Assembly (NCBI GenBank): GCA_016748015.1
Contig: JAAOMT010000299.1
Coordinates: 62,001 to 126,000 of the forward strand
Origin: Geosiphon pyriformis uo1
Taxonomy: Eukaryota > Fungi > Glomeromycota
DNA: 64,000 nucleotides
Direction of reading: 5' to 3'
Below the pieces are notes generated by a model, which ran no database searches, had not been told where the DNA came from, and saw nothing but the letters and a program-made list of their open reading frames with translations. How positions within the stretch are numbered: the stretch's first letter is position 1; each line of letters begins with the position of its first letter. The position numbers and the translations under genes were made by a program. Of the stretch, positions 21,619-33,768 are shown one piece after another.

Positions 21619-24600
21619 TATCACACAACAACTCATGGATCAATTAGGTTGCCAAGTTGATTGTGCTGCCAGTGCCAGAATTATTACTGCTAATGGAGTA
21701 ACTAAGACTCTTATTAGTGAAATTGACGACTTTTTTTTTTGAAGTTAACAGCATTATCACACCAATCAAAGTTCTAGTAATAGAAGTTATGTAGTACCAA
21801 GCTCTTATTGGTAACAACTGGCTGTCCAAAACTAATATTATATTTAACTAAAACACCCAAGAGCTCCAGCTAACATTTAATGGTCAGCATATTCAAGTAT
21901 CTGTTATCTGTAAACACTTTAAAGCTTTTTCAAAAGAGCAATTATTGATTGAATTGAAGAAAAAAAAACAAAAATCTATCTGGAAAGCCTATCAAGTTTT
22001 GTAAGCTAAAAACAAATACAATAAACTACTACTAATACTTACTTGGAATAAAAAAGAAAAAGAAAAAAAGAAAACAAACTTTAAATCACCATTACCACAA
22101 AAAAAACAGCCAACAGCTAAAATATTTTATACTCAATACTGATACCAAGAAAACATCCATTTTATATTCCACTTAGATATATTAATTATAACAAAAAGCT
22201 TATATTCATAAGAGCTTAAATCTTGCCAAAAAAAAATACAAAGTGCATATTTGTTACTATTGTAAAGTGTATTACTAAGAATACTTTAGATATCCAAAAT
22301 AACAAAAAAAATAAAACAATAAATTTTGTTTAGTTTATAGAAAAACTTTACTGAATAAAAAATTATAAAATGACATTTCTGGTTAAAAAAAAACATGTAA
22401 TATATTATGCCAATACATAATTCTTATTAGCAACTGAGTAAGCAAAAAAATGTTTTTTAATATCATGTAAAACAGAGTTTTATTATATTTAAATAATTAT
22501 TCACATAACAAAGACAAAATCTGGTAAATAACAAATGCCAAAGTTAAAAGCACTTTATTTAATAAGATATTAACAATCAAAAACAATCTACCAAAATTTG
22601 TTAAAACTATTCTTATTCCAAATTCAAATATTTTTGTTAATATTATAAGTAACCTAGAACAATTTCATAAACATTATTAAGATTTAATATCTATACAAGA
22701 AGAACAAAAATAATATTTAGAGCAATTAAATACTAAATTCTATAAATATTGTCTAATTTTCAGTGATTTTAAATATTGTAATAATTGTGATCTCATTTAC
22801 AATCCACTACTGTGCATAATCTATTTAATTTCCAAAAAAAAACTCCCAATTAACAGTTGTACTTCAAAATTAGAATCAAAACTTAATTTCAATTCAAATT
22901 CTGACAATGATAACAATAATAATTCCAATATTATTTACAATAGCAATAATAATAACAGCAATTTTAATTTCAATAAAAACTCTAAACAATATATTGTGCT
23001 TTTAAATCTCTTAATAAAGCAAGAACTTAAATAGTTTAGCAATAACAATAAAATATTATGTCAAAATATATACATAATACTAATACAGAGTTTGATCTTA
23101 AATATTCCAGGAAAACTGCCATCAAATTGGAACTCTATTTATGCACCAACATAAATTTAAAATTAACACTAAAAATTTTAGCAATAATAATAATACAATT
23201 AATATTTAGATCTAATTTAGCAAAAAAAAGATTAATATTAGAAAAGAAATAATTAATGCAGAATATATAAGAAATATTATTGCAATATTACAAAATAAGT
23301 CGAAAAAAACATATACAATTAAACCAAATGAAAAAATAGCACAGACAATATTTCTGTCTCTGATAAAAATAACTCAATTAATATTAATAAAAATAAAAGA
23401 AAAATTAGGGATAATAACAGAAAAAATAAATGAATTTAGATCTATAATTAAAATAAAAATACCAGTTAATATAATAAAAAAAACAATTAATTAGGAAGAA
23501 ATTATCTTTACCTATTAATTAATTTTTATCTTATTATATAACCAATATATATTAGTTATTAAGAAAAAAGTAAAAGATTAACTCTAAATTTTTGAAATAA
23601 ATCTTATCATTTATAAGTCAAAAAAGATTGCTGTTACCAATTTCTATATACCAGCCAAAAACCATAAACACATTAAGATTCTAATATACAATACAATTAA
23701 AGATCCAATAGAAATACCAAATAGAACTATTATTAAATACTTAAGTATTAAAGTTAAAATCAAGTACCAACCATCATTCTAGATTTTTTATAACTATGTA
23801 AATATGTGGATATTATATTACAAGCCATTTTTAAACAAAAAAAATACTATTTTTTATAACCAAAACAATTGAAGCAAATAAACTTGGGAAACTTAGACTT
23901 ATTTTAATATATGCAAATTAAGCTACTACTTAATAATTTCACTAATATTTTTGCAAGTAAAAACGAATTTGGCAGAACTAATATTATTAAACACCAAATC
24001 AAAACTGGAAATACAATGTCAATTAAATAAAAAACATACTAAGTACTATCTGTTAGTTATAAAATTATTCATTAAAAAATCAACTATATATTAAACAATA
24101 AATTAATTTAATTATTAATGAGTTTATGGTTATTACTACTAATATTTGTCTGGAAAAAAATGGAAAAATCCACTTTTGTATAGATTATAAAAAACTTAAC
24201 AGTATTACTTGTGAAAACAAATATCCAATTTTATAAATTCAAAAATTATTTAATGTTTTTAAAAAAAAATGGTTTTTTATATTGAACTTAAACAGTAAAT
24301 ACTAACAAGTAGCTATAAATTCAGCTAATAAAAAGAAAACAGTATTTACTACTAAAAAAAAAACTTTGAATTTAATGTTATGTTTTTTGGCTTAACCAAT
24401 GCTTTAGCCATTTTTTAACAGTTAATAGAAATTGTTTATACTGAATTATTATAGAAATCAGTAGTAGTTTACTTAAATAATACCAACATGTTTTCCAAAA
24501 CATTTAATAATCATTTTCATCATCTTTAACAAGTGTTTAAGAGGTTAAAAAGAGCAAAATTAAAGTTAAATACCACAAAATGCTTCTTTGAAAAAACAGA

Positions 24601-25109
24601 ATTCAAGTTTTTAGAACATATTGTAAGCAAAAATAACATAAAAACAAATTCAGACAAGATTGAAATAGTCAAAAACTTCCAGTTTTAACCAATTTAACTG
24701 AATTAAAAACATTCTTGAAATTTGCTAAATATTATTGCTACTTTATTCAGAATTTTTCCAAAATAACTCAACTATTATATTAGTTTTAAGCAAAAAACAC
24801 CAAATATGAATAGATTAAAAACAATAAAAAGCTTTTGATATATTAAGAAAAAAGCTTATTTAAGCTCCAATATTAATCTATTTAAATTATAATAAACTAT
24901 TTATTATTACAATAAATACATTAGACCAAGAATTGAGAACAGTACTATTACAAAAAAAATTGAATAGACAAGAATATTTAGTAGTATATGCCAGCTAAAG
25001 TTTAAGTTCAGCTGAAAAAAACTATAATATCTTAGTATTGGAACATTTAACTATTTATTGAATTATTATTAAATAAAAAAAATACTTAAGTCAAAAGTTT
25101 GATGTATAT
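21619..25109 (+). pseudogene. pol: pol of G: protease C-half, Cys-rich domain, dUTPase, RT, RNase H (heavily mutated)
   Basis: ALIGNNWL, NTEFDLKY, FCIDYKKLN, VVYLNNT (degenerate YLDD), SSAEKNY. Confidence 0.88.
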
Positions 25110-25553
25110 TGTTATGATTGAAATTTATACTTCTTATTAATTATTACATGTATTAGCCACTAATATCATATAAATTAGCCACTCTATTTTTAGAAAATGA
25201 TTATTGACCTAATTAATAATCTGATTGTTGACCTGATTATTAACCTGATTATTGACTTAATTATTGACCTAGTTGTTGACTTGATCATTGACTACTTTTG
25301 ATAGCTATATAAGTGATGAATTTCTTAGCTGTAAAAAAACATGTAAAAATTAAGGAAATCAAATAAATAAAATAATACTTTCATCTCAATTATTTTTTTA
25401 TCGCTAATTTCCCTTTTCCTATCTTCAAATATCCGAATATCTTGGGATAAAAAATATTTGTTGGCCTTTATTCATCCTTTTTTTGAAACATGTAATTACA
25501 GCATTTGAAGATTATTGAATAAAATGTGACTAAAGAGCACATCTGATATCTGA

Positions 25554-26451
25554 TGTTACAGGTGATTATTTGGAGTCTCAAATCAAATAACAAATCCATA
25601 ACTTAGTGCTTAATGTCTTAATTGATATCAATTGCTGAAAGTGTTATGGATCTGAAGGTTTTGGTTGAGTTCTTTGTATAAGAAACAGAGAGTTGATAAT
25701 AATATTGCTGTTGTTAGTAAGTTGTTTCTTAAATTTTTTTTCAGCTTGATGGCCTGATTTATTTTGGCAGTTGTGCCCTTCTGGTAAGTTATCTGTTAAT
25801 ATATATAATTCTATCCTTATTTCTGAATCTTTATTAGGCTATCTGTGACATCAATAATTCAGCACTTTATCTTTAATCAATTAGTAAACACAACACAATA
25901 AGAAAGAAGAAAAAAATAAAAAAAAGATAAAGAAAATAAGCCAAGGCATTTGCAAGTTAGTATTCTGTCAATAGCTATAATCAAGAGCTATTGTTCTAGT
26001 ATGGTTAAGTATCAATTACTATTAACATAAAGTGTTGATAGTAGAGAGTAGATTGAGATAGTGAATAATTATTTATTAATATTTGTGGAAGAAAAGGTTG
26101 CTTAGATTAAATCTAAACTAAGAGGTCTTGAAAATTCTAATAATTATGACTTGTGAGTCTAATTGACTCTAAAAGTTCTACTAACTCTGAGTTTTTTTTA
26201 CTAATTTTCTAGCTTCTGATACTACTGCTATATATACATAAATTTTATTGTATAAGATTCCTTGAATTCCTTAATTCTCTAGCCAGGAATTCTGTAATTC
26301 TGGAATCCTGCAATTCTTCATACAAAAATTCTGAAATTCCTGGAATCCTGCAATTTCTCTGAGAGGAATTTTGGAATTCCACTTTTACTATGTTTATTCT
26401 AATTGGCTAATTTATGTATTAATATTTAATTCCTATATTCTATGAGTAATA
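25554..26451 (-). repeat. 3' LTR of I
   Basis: Direct repeat of 28263-29148; purine tract AAAGGAGAGAATAA precedes it on the minus strand. Confidence 0.93.
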
Positions 26452-28243
26452 TTATTCTCTCCTTTAATATTAAGCTTCTGCAAAATCTTCTAAATCTCTC
26501 TTTTGTATTAATGTTGTTGCTGTAATTTTTATTGCTATTTGTAAATCTAATTTTATACATGATTGGGGTTTTTAACTATAGTGGTCTGTTCAAAATATCT
26601 ATGTTCAAATCTTGCATCTGTATTATGTGTATGTTCAAACATAATGCCCTTATTATTATCACTGAATTTAGTTAATTCCTGCTCCATTGTAAGATCTAGA
26701 AGCATGATATATTGTTTGGTGTTTAAAGTGGAGTTTGAATTGTTGTTGTCATTGTTGGTGGAGTTTGAATTATTGTTGTCATCATTAGTGGAGTTTAAAT
26801 CAGAATTAAGTTCTGATTCTGATTTTTACTGATTGGCTTGTCTTCCTTGAAGTTCAAATATATGATGTATAGAAGTGGATTGTAATTTGAGGCTGTTAGG
26901 TGAGTTTTAATAATTTGTTGATCAATTTTGGTACTACTGATTCTCAAATTCCTTTTTCTTCTCTAAGTTTTTTTTGTATTGACACTTTTCCAATGCTGAC
27001 TTTTGGCACAGAAGAAGGTAGTCTTTGTACAGGTAAGTATGAATCTGGGTAGTTTTTTTCTGGAATTCTTCTAATGGGTCTTAAAATAATCAGAGTTTTA
27101 ACTTTTAACAAGTTTTATTAAAGGTAAGTTTCTTTTTACACTAGTAGGATTAGAATTTATTAGGTTTTAAATGTTCAGATTTTGAACTATCGGGTCTTGA
27201 AGAATCGGAGTTTTAATGAGTTTTATTGAAGATAAGTTTCTTTATATGATAGTGGAGTTGAAATTATCAGGTTTTGAATAATTTTTCGAGTTTTTAATTT
27301 AATGAGTTTATTGAAGGTAAATTCTTTATATGATAGTGGAATTGAAATTATTGGATTTTAAATAATTTTCAGAGTTTTTAATTTAACAAGTTTTTTTTTA
27401 ATAAGTTTATCAATGATAATTTTTGAATGTTCAGAGTTTTGATCATTCAGATTTTTCAGGGTTTGATTAACCAAAGTCTCAATTTTTGGATTTTTTAGGA
27501 TTAGATTTTGTTTACTATTTTCCTGATTACTACTTTCCTCTTTCTCAGAGTCAATTATTTTTCAAGAACTAATGGCTCCGAAATCTGGTTGTGGTAATAG
27601 TGATCAAATTCTTGATAGCATTGAGGATTGCAATTTAAATCCTTTAAAGTAATTGCCATATGTTCTTAGTAACTCTGTTTTCTTTTGTTTACTTTGAAAT
27701 AGGATTTTGTTCAATAGTATTGTTGCATTTGTGATGGACATGTCTGTTGATGTTATGTTGATAGTGCTTCCAGGTATGTAATAATAAGATGAATTGGCTG
27801 GTGAATCAAATCTTTGTTTCTTCTAAGTGGGTAGTTGGATTTGCTTTGGGGTTCCTACTGGTGTTTGTAGTCTTTTTTTTTCTTTGTCAGTAAATGTAAT
27901 AGGAAATCTTTGTTTGGTGTATTTCTTAATTTTCCTGTTTATTTCTGTGATTAGTGATACAAATAAATAGTTTTGTAGAAGGGTAGTGCTTTGAAGTAGT
28001 TTACTGAAGAAATTGTTGAAGTTGGATTTTGGATCTCCTTAGCCTCTTAAATAATATACGATTCTTTTGTTGATGTAACAGTTGAAAGCTGATTCTGTTG
28101 GTCAACTATTATTTGTTAATCCAAGATGGGAGTAATAATGTTGGAATAAGGATTTTGCAAATCCCAAATGGTTTGTTCCTATTTTTTTGGATTCTGTTAT
28201 TGTTTGGATAGGGTTGTTGGTGCTAGTTCTCTGTAGGATTATA

Positions 28244-28260
28244 CCTCACAAGGAGCACCA
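28244..28260 (-). promoter_or_regulatory. PBS of I (TGGTGCTCCTTGTGAGG)
   Basis: 2 nt from LTR; one transition from the C PBS. Confidence 0.85.
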
Positions 28261-28262
28261 AA

Positions 28263-29148
28263 TATTACAGGTGATTATTTGGGGTCTTAAATCAAATAAC
28301 AAACCTGTAACTTGGTGTTTAATGTTTTAATTAATATTGGTTGTTGAAAGTGTTATGGATCTGAAGGTTTTGGTTGAGTTTTTTGTATAAGAGACAGAGA
28401 GTTGATGATAATATTGCTGTTGTTAATAAGTTGTTTCTCAATTTTTTTCTCAGCTTGGTGGCTGGATTTATTCTGGCAGTTGTGCTCTTCTGATAAGCTA
28501 TCTGTTAATATAATTCTATCCTTATTTCTGGGTTTTTACCAGACTATCTATGATGTCAATAATTCAGTGCTTTATCTTTAATTAATTAATAAACACAACA
28601 CAATAAGAAAGAAGAAAAAAAATAAAGAAAAGATAAAGAAAATAAGCCAAGATATTTGCAAGTTAGTATTCCGTCAATAGCTGTGATCAAGAGCTATTGT
28701 TCCAGTGTGGTTAAGTATCAATTACTATCAACATGAAGTGTTGATAGTGGAGAGTAGATTGAGATAGTAAATAATTATTTATTAATATTTGTGGAGGAGA
28801 AGATTGCTTAGATCAAATCTAAACTGAAAGGTCTTAGAAATTCTAATAATTATGACTTGCAAGTCTAATTGACTCTGAGAGTTCTACTAACTCTGAGTTT
28901 TCTTTACTAATTTTTTAGCTTCTGATACTACTGCTATATATACATAAATTTTATTGTACAAAATTCCTCAATTCTCTAGCCAAAAATCCTGGAATTCTGG
29001 AATCCTGCAATTTTTCATATGAGAATCCTAAAATTCCTGGAATCCTGCAATTCCTTTGAAAAGAATTCTGGAATTCCACTTTTACTATGTTTATTCTGAT
29101 TGGCTAATTTATGTACTAATATTTAATTCCTATATTCTATAAGTAACA
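28263..29148 (-). repeat. 5' LTR of I
   Basis: Direct repeat of 25554-26451; TATATATA box at ~28936-28943. Confidence 0.93.
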
Positions 29149-29427
29149 CTGATATTGAATTCTAAGAGCACTGATATGAAGCATAAAATTATACTAGACA
29201 TAATTATTTGTTGACAGTATGGACTATCTTTCTATCTTCAAATTCCCTGGTTATCTTTTGAAAAGTATAGCGACTGAGATATTTTATGAGACTGATCTTG
29301 CACATTGAATCCATACTCATTCAATTCACTCTTTGAAGTTGAATTTCCTTTGATTCTTTTTATTACCCTACAATTCTGTTCTCCCTTGCTATCTGTTAGC
29401 TTGTTACTCCAACCCATAACATAAAAG

Positions 29428-29444
29428 TGGTGTTCCCTGTGAGA
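29428..29444 (+). promoter_or_regulatory. PBS of H (TGGTGTTCCCTGTGAGA), 6 nt from LTR
   Basis: Variant of the C/D/I PBS. Confidence 0.8.
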
Positions 29445-29479
29445 TTGTCAAAATCCACTTTGTTTCCTATTGTATAAGT

Positions 29480-31026
29480 AATTATTCATACCTGCCACAA
29501 CAATCAAAAGTACACTTTAAAGCACACAACAAAAACAATCTAGACTTTATTGAACTTAATCCTTTGCCCTCTTGCTTAATTTGCTTCCCCATTAAAGAAC
29601 AATCTAGCAAACAATTCCAAGACTTTTGGAACTGGTTCCTAAACAAGCATTCAGTTAAAACTTACACAGCTTATTCAACTTATTATTTTGACCAAACTTA
29701 TTTTAAAGACAACTTTGAAAAAAGAAACAATAGTATTAATCAGCTCTTATATTCCACAACTTTTAAACAACAGCCTTCTGATTTCGAATATTTGAATTAT
29801 TAAATCCACATTTGGATTGCTGCTCATTAATCAACTGAAACTTTCTTTAAAACAGAAGAAGAAAGCTATCAAACTGCTCCTGTTTTTGACTTTTTATCAA
29901 GTAAATCAAATTCATCTACACAAACAGTTACTCCTGAACCAATGGCTAATAACCTCATGCAAGCAAACATTCTGGCCACCCTCCAAGATATACAAACTGC
30001 TCTAGGAAAAAAAAACAATACCCCACTATTACTATTCAGAGGTGATGCACAAGATCCAATTGAATGGTTGGATGACTTTAAAAGAGCTGTTACAGCCAAT
30101 CAATATAATGACAAATACAAGTTCCAAATTGTTGGTGGCTATCTTCAATGCTCTTCTGCTATGTGGTTCTTACAAGAAACAGATGCCAATGTCCATCAAA
30201 GAATTATTAGATAGACACTTGTAAATGTTAGAGAAAACAACATTTTTTTTACTATCTGGTTTGAAAATAAGTTCAGAACCCCAATCTTGATATCCAAGTG
30301 GCATATGAAATTGGAAAAAAGAACCCAAGGCCCAGAAAAAGTAGTAACTGAATATGCCAAAACAATAAAAAAGCTAATTAAACAGGTAAACTTAAGATGA
30401 AATTGGACAAAAGAGCAGAAAATACATTTCTTTACAAAAGGATTGAGAACTGATCTCTTATATGCTCTTTGGCTCTTCTTGGCCTTGAAAGATAATCTCA
30501 TAATAGATATGGCCATTGAACTAGCCCAACAAATTGAAGATAACTAAAAGATGCACCTGGGATCTATTCTTCTAGTTTTTGCTCCTGCTCTTGCTATAGT
30601 TTCTGCTCCACAAATGGCTGCTACTTTTTTTACTGCCCAAACTCAAGACCCCAATGAACAGTTGATAGATAAACTTACAGCAAATCTTGCTTGGTATTAG
30701 AATCATTAGCCCAAGCAGTCAGAAACAACTAGCAACCACAAAGACCTAGATTTGAACTATGCTTTAATCAATTCCAGCAACTCTCTTACCAAAGACAACA
30801 AAATTGTGGTCCACCTGTGTGCTACCACTGTGGATTAACTGGACATTTTTCAAGAGATTGCAACAATCCTTCTTTGCCACCTTTAGCTCCAAGAAACAAT
30901 GATAATCAAAACAACAGAACTATTAACAACAATGCCCCCAATCAAAGACCCAATCATGCCAACATCAATTTTTTTAAAGAAGATCCCTTAGTTGAAGCCA
31001 CTGTTTATCAATCTTTAAACTGGTAG
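29480..31026 (+). pseudogene. gag: gag of H with CCHC zinc knuckle
   Basis: FRGDAQDPIEWLDDF capsid motif; CYHCGLTGHFSRDC at 30820-30861; ends SLNW* at 31026; start approximate. Confidence 0.9.
31014..31020 (+). promoter_or_regulatory. Putative -1 ribosomal frameshift slippery site T TTA AAC between gag and pol of H
   Basis: Canonical X XXY YYZ heptamer in gag phase two codons before the gag stop; -1 frame is open into ORF 31110. Confidence 0.7.
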
Positions 31027-33701
31027 GCACACCTCCAAAGAGTGAGAGTACAAGCCAACCAGAAGAAAACTTCTTTTATGCTTTTAACTTAACTAATGAT
31101 GACCATAATATGGATGAACTGGCAATCAACATCTCTAACTTAACAAGAAAAAAGAAGAAAGCCAAGGTTGATTTCGTTCTAAATTCCAACAAAGTCTCAA
31201 CTTTTGCTGCTAACAACAATGAGCCACCAAAGGCTAAAGTTTTTAAAAATCCTTCAAAGTTGGAACCTCCAGAAATAGTACAAAAATCTGGCCCTTATTC
31301 TGTTGTTAAAAATTTTATGGAAACTCCAGCACACATTACATTTGGCCAACTAATGATCCATCCACAATTCAAAAAAAATTTTCACAAATCATTAATACCA
31401 AAAAAAAAGACACCAAAAACCAACAAGCATTCTTGTTAAGCTAAACTTGCTAACAACAGCAATGTCACTCTTCTGATTTGCAAAGCCCAAGTGGTTGGCT
31501 ACTTCATTGATCTAATTCTAGACAGTAGATCATCTGTTAATGTAATTGCCAAACACTTCCTGGAAGCCATTGAAAGAAAGATTAATGAACCTTTTACCCA
31601 GCTTATAACCAATATACATGGTGACAAAAAGAAAAATCTGGATATAGCCAAAGCTGTTCTTGTTTACATCAATGGTATCAGCATTGAAACAGACATGGAA
31701 GTATCTAAAGCAAAAAAATATACCATCATTGTTAGTAATAAGTGGTTTAAAAAAGCCAAAGCACTACTTAACTATAAACTTTGTGAGCTAACTATCAAAT
31801 ATGATAAGAAACTCATTGTAGTTAAATGTCATCATTGAACAACTCCTCCAGTAACCAAACAAAACCAAGAAAAAAAACAATCAGATGAATCAAATGATGA
31901 TAAAAGCAATAATGAAGATCAAAAAGAACAAGAAAAAACTGCTGAACTTGTCTATATCATCTTTACCAGCAATGGCAAGCCACTGGACAATGTTAAAGCT
32001 GACAAAGAAGGAATCATAATAAATGGCAAGCTGATTTGCTGGCCATACTATAATATTCTCAGAAGAACTTTTAACAAAAAACCTGGCAAGAAAGCAAAAT
32101 ACAGTTATTGGTGACATGATTCTTGTGCACAGTACTGGTGTAATAAACCTTTGTATTCACCAAGTAATGAATACAAGTTTTGTCTGATCTATTACAAAGA
32201 TTGGGAACCAATTAGCTTGATATCTTGAGAAGAACTTAAAGAAGTACAAAAGTCCTTTGAGAATAAACCATCTGAAATCCAATTATTAGTTATAGAATAA
32301 AGAAAATCTTCCCTTGAAGAAAGAAAAATAGATATTGAAAACCTGTTGGCTAGAAATAGCCCAGTTATTTCAAAAAAAAGTGATACTCCTGGATGAATCC
32401 ATGTAATACAACATACCATTACCACCAAAGAAACTCACCCCATTCATTTGAAGCCTTATCAATCTAATAAACACAATAATGAGTTTATTAAGAAAGAGAT
32501 AAACCAGATGAAAAATCTTGGATTCATACAAAAAACCAAGAGCAAATGGGCTTTCCCAGTTGTAGTGGTATCCAAAAAAGGTGGAATCCTATGTTTCTGT
32601 GTTGACTATCACCAATTAAATGCTATCACTATAAGAGACATATACTTATTTCCCAAGATTGATACAATGCTAAATAAATTCAATAGTGCTGCTTTCTTTT
32701 CAACCATTGACTTAACTGCTGAATTCTGGCAAGTAGAGATGGATCCAGAAAGCAGAAAGAAAACTGCCTTCATCACCAAGTATGGCACTTATGAATTTAT
32801 AGTCATGCCTTTTAGTCTTATCAATATTCCTCCCACCTTTCAATGCCTAATGAATAAAGTGTTTGAATCAGTAAAAAAAAACTTTGTTCTAGTTTACTTA
32901 AATGACATAATGATATATTCAAAAACCTGAAATAAACACTTTGAACATCTGTAAAAGATTTTTGATCTCCTTAGAAATGCTGGCCTTAAGATAAACTCAA
33001 TCAAATTCTTTTTTAGACATCAATCTACCCAGTTCCTTGGCCATCTTATTACAAAAGATGGAATCTTCTCTGACCCAGTTAAAGTTGAAAAAGTTCAAAA
33101 TATTAGACAACCAATGAATATTCTTGAACTATGCTCTTTTCTTGGTTTGGTCTTTTACTATTGCAAATTTATCAAGGATTTCTCTAAAATTGCCTTTTCT
33201 TTCAATCAGCTACTCAGAAAAAATGTCAATTATTATTGGGGCACCCATCAACAAAAAGCTTTTGAAATTCTGAAGGAAAAACTTGTTACTAAACCAATTC
33301 TTAAGCAACCTGATTTGAACCAACTTTTCATCCTCCACACTGATACATCTGGCTATAGACTTGGTGTTGTTCTTTCACAGAAAGATAAAAATGGCAGAGA
33401 ACATACCATAGCATATACTAGTAGATCTCTCACACCAGCAAAAAAGAACTATTCAGTTACTGAACAGGAATGCTTAGCAGTAGTTTGGACTACTAGTTAC
33501 TGAGATCAATATCTTCTTAGTGCAAAATTCTTAGTGGTAACAGATCATTAAGCCTTGGTTTGGCTGCACAATAAAAAAAAGCTGGAACACAAATGAATAA
33601 CTTACTGAATACTCCATTTGAATGAATTTGACTATAATATTCAACACCACAAAGAAGCAAATTATCAAAATGCCGATGCTCTCTCTAGACTTACCATCTA
33701 G
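31020..33701 (+). pseudogene. pol: pol of H: protease, RT, RNase H
   Basis: LILDSRSS; WAFPVVVV..FCVDYHQLN, YLNDI; LHTDTSG, NYSVTEQECLA, NADALSR. Confidence 0.93.
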
Positions 33702-33768
33702 TGATAATACAACCTCTCAAACCAAACCAACTTAATTATTAATAACTCCTTTATAAACAAACACAATA

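Larger units (their letters stand above)
25554..29148 (-). mobile_element. Short non-autonomous LTR element I (3.6 kb), CTGA TSD
   Basis: LTRs 25554-26451 and 28263-29148; PBS 28244-28260; PPT next to 26452; CTGA at 25550-53 and 29149-52; 1.8-kb interior has only gag N-terminus and a dUTPase-start fragment. Confidence 0.93.
25110..29421 (+). repeat. 5' LTR of H, split by insertion I (LTR parts 25110-25553 and 29153-29421)
   Basis: Removing I and one CTGA restores colinearity with the 3' LTR. Confidence 0.92.

Noticed and set aside
2598-25109. C and G being two halves of one element
   Set aside because: Both contain the protease C-half, Cys-rich and dUTPase regions, and their LTRs belong to different families
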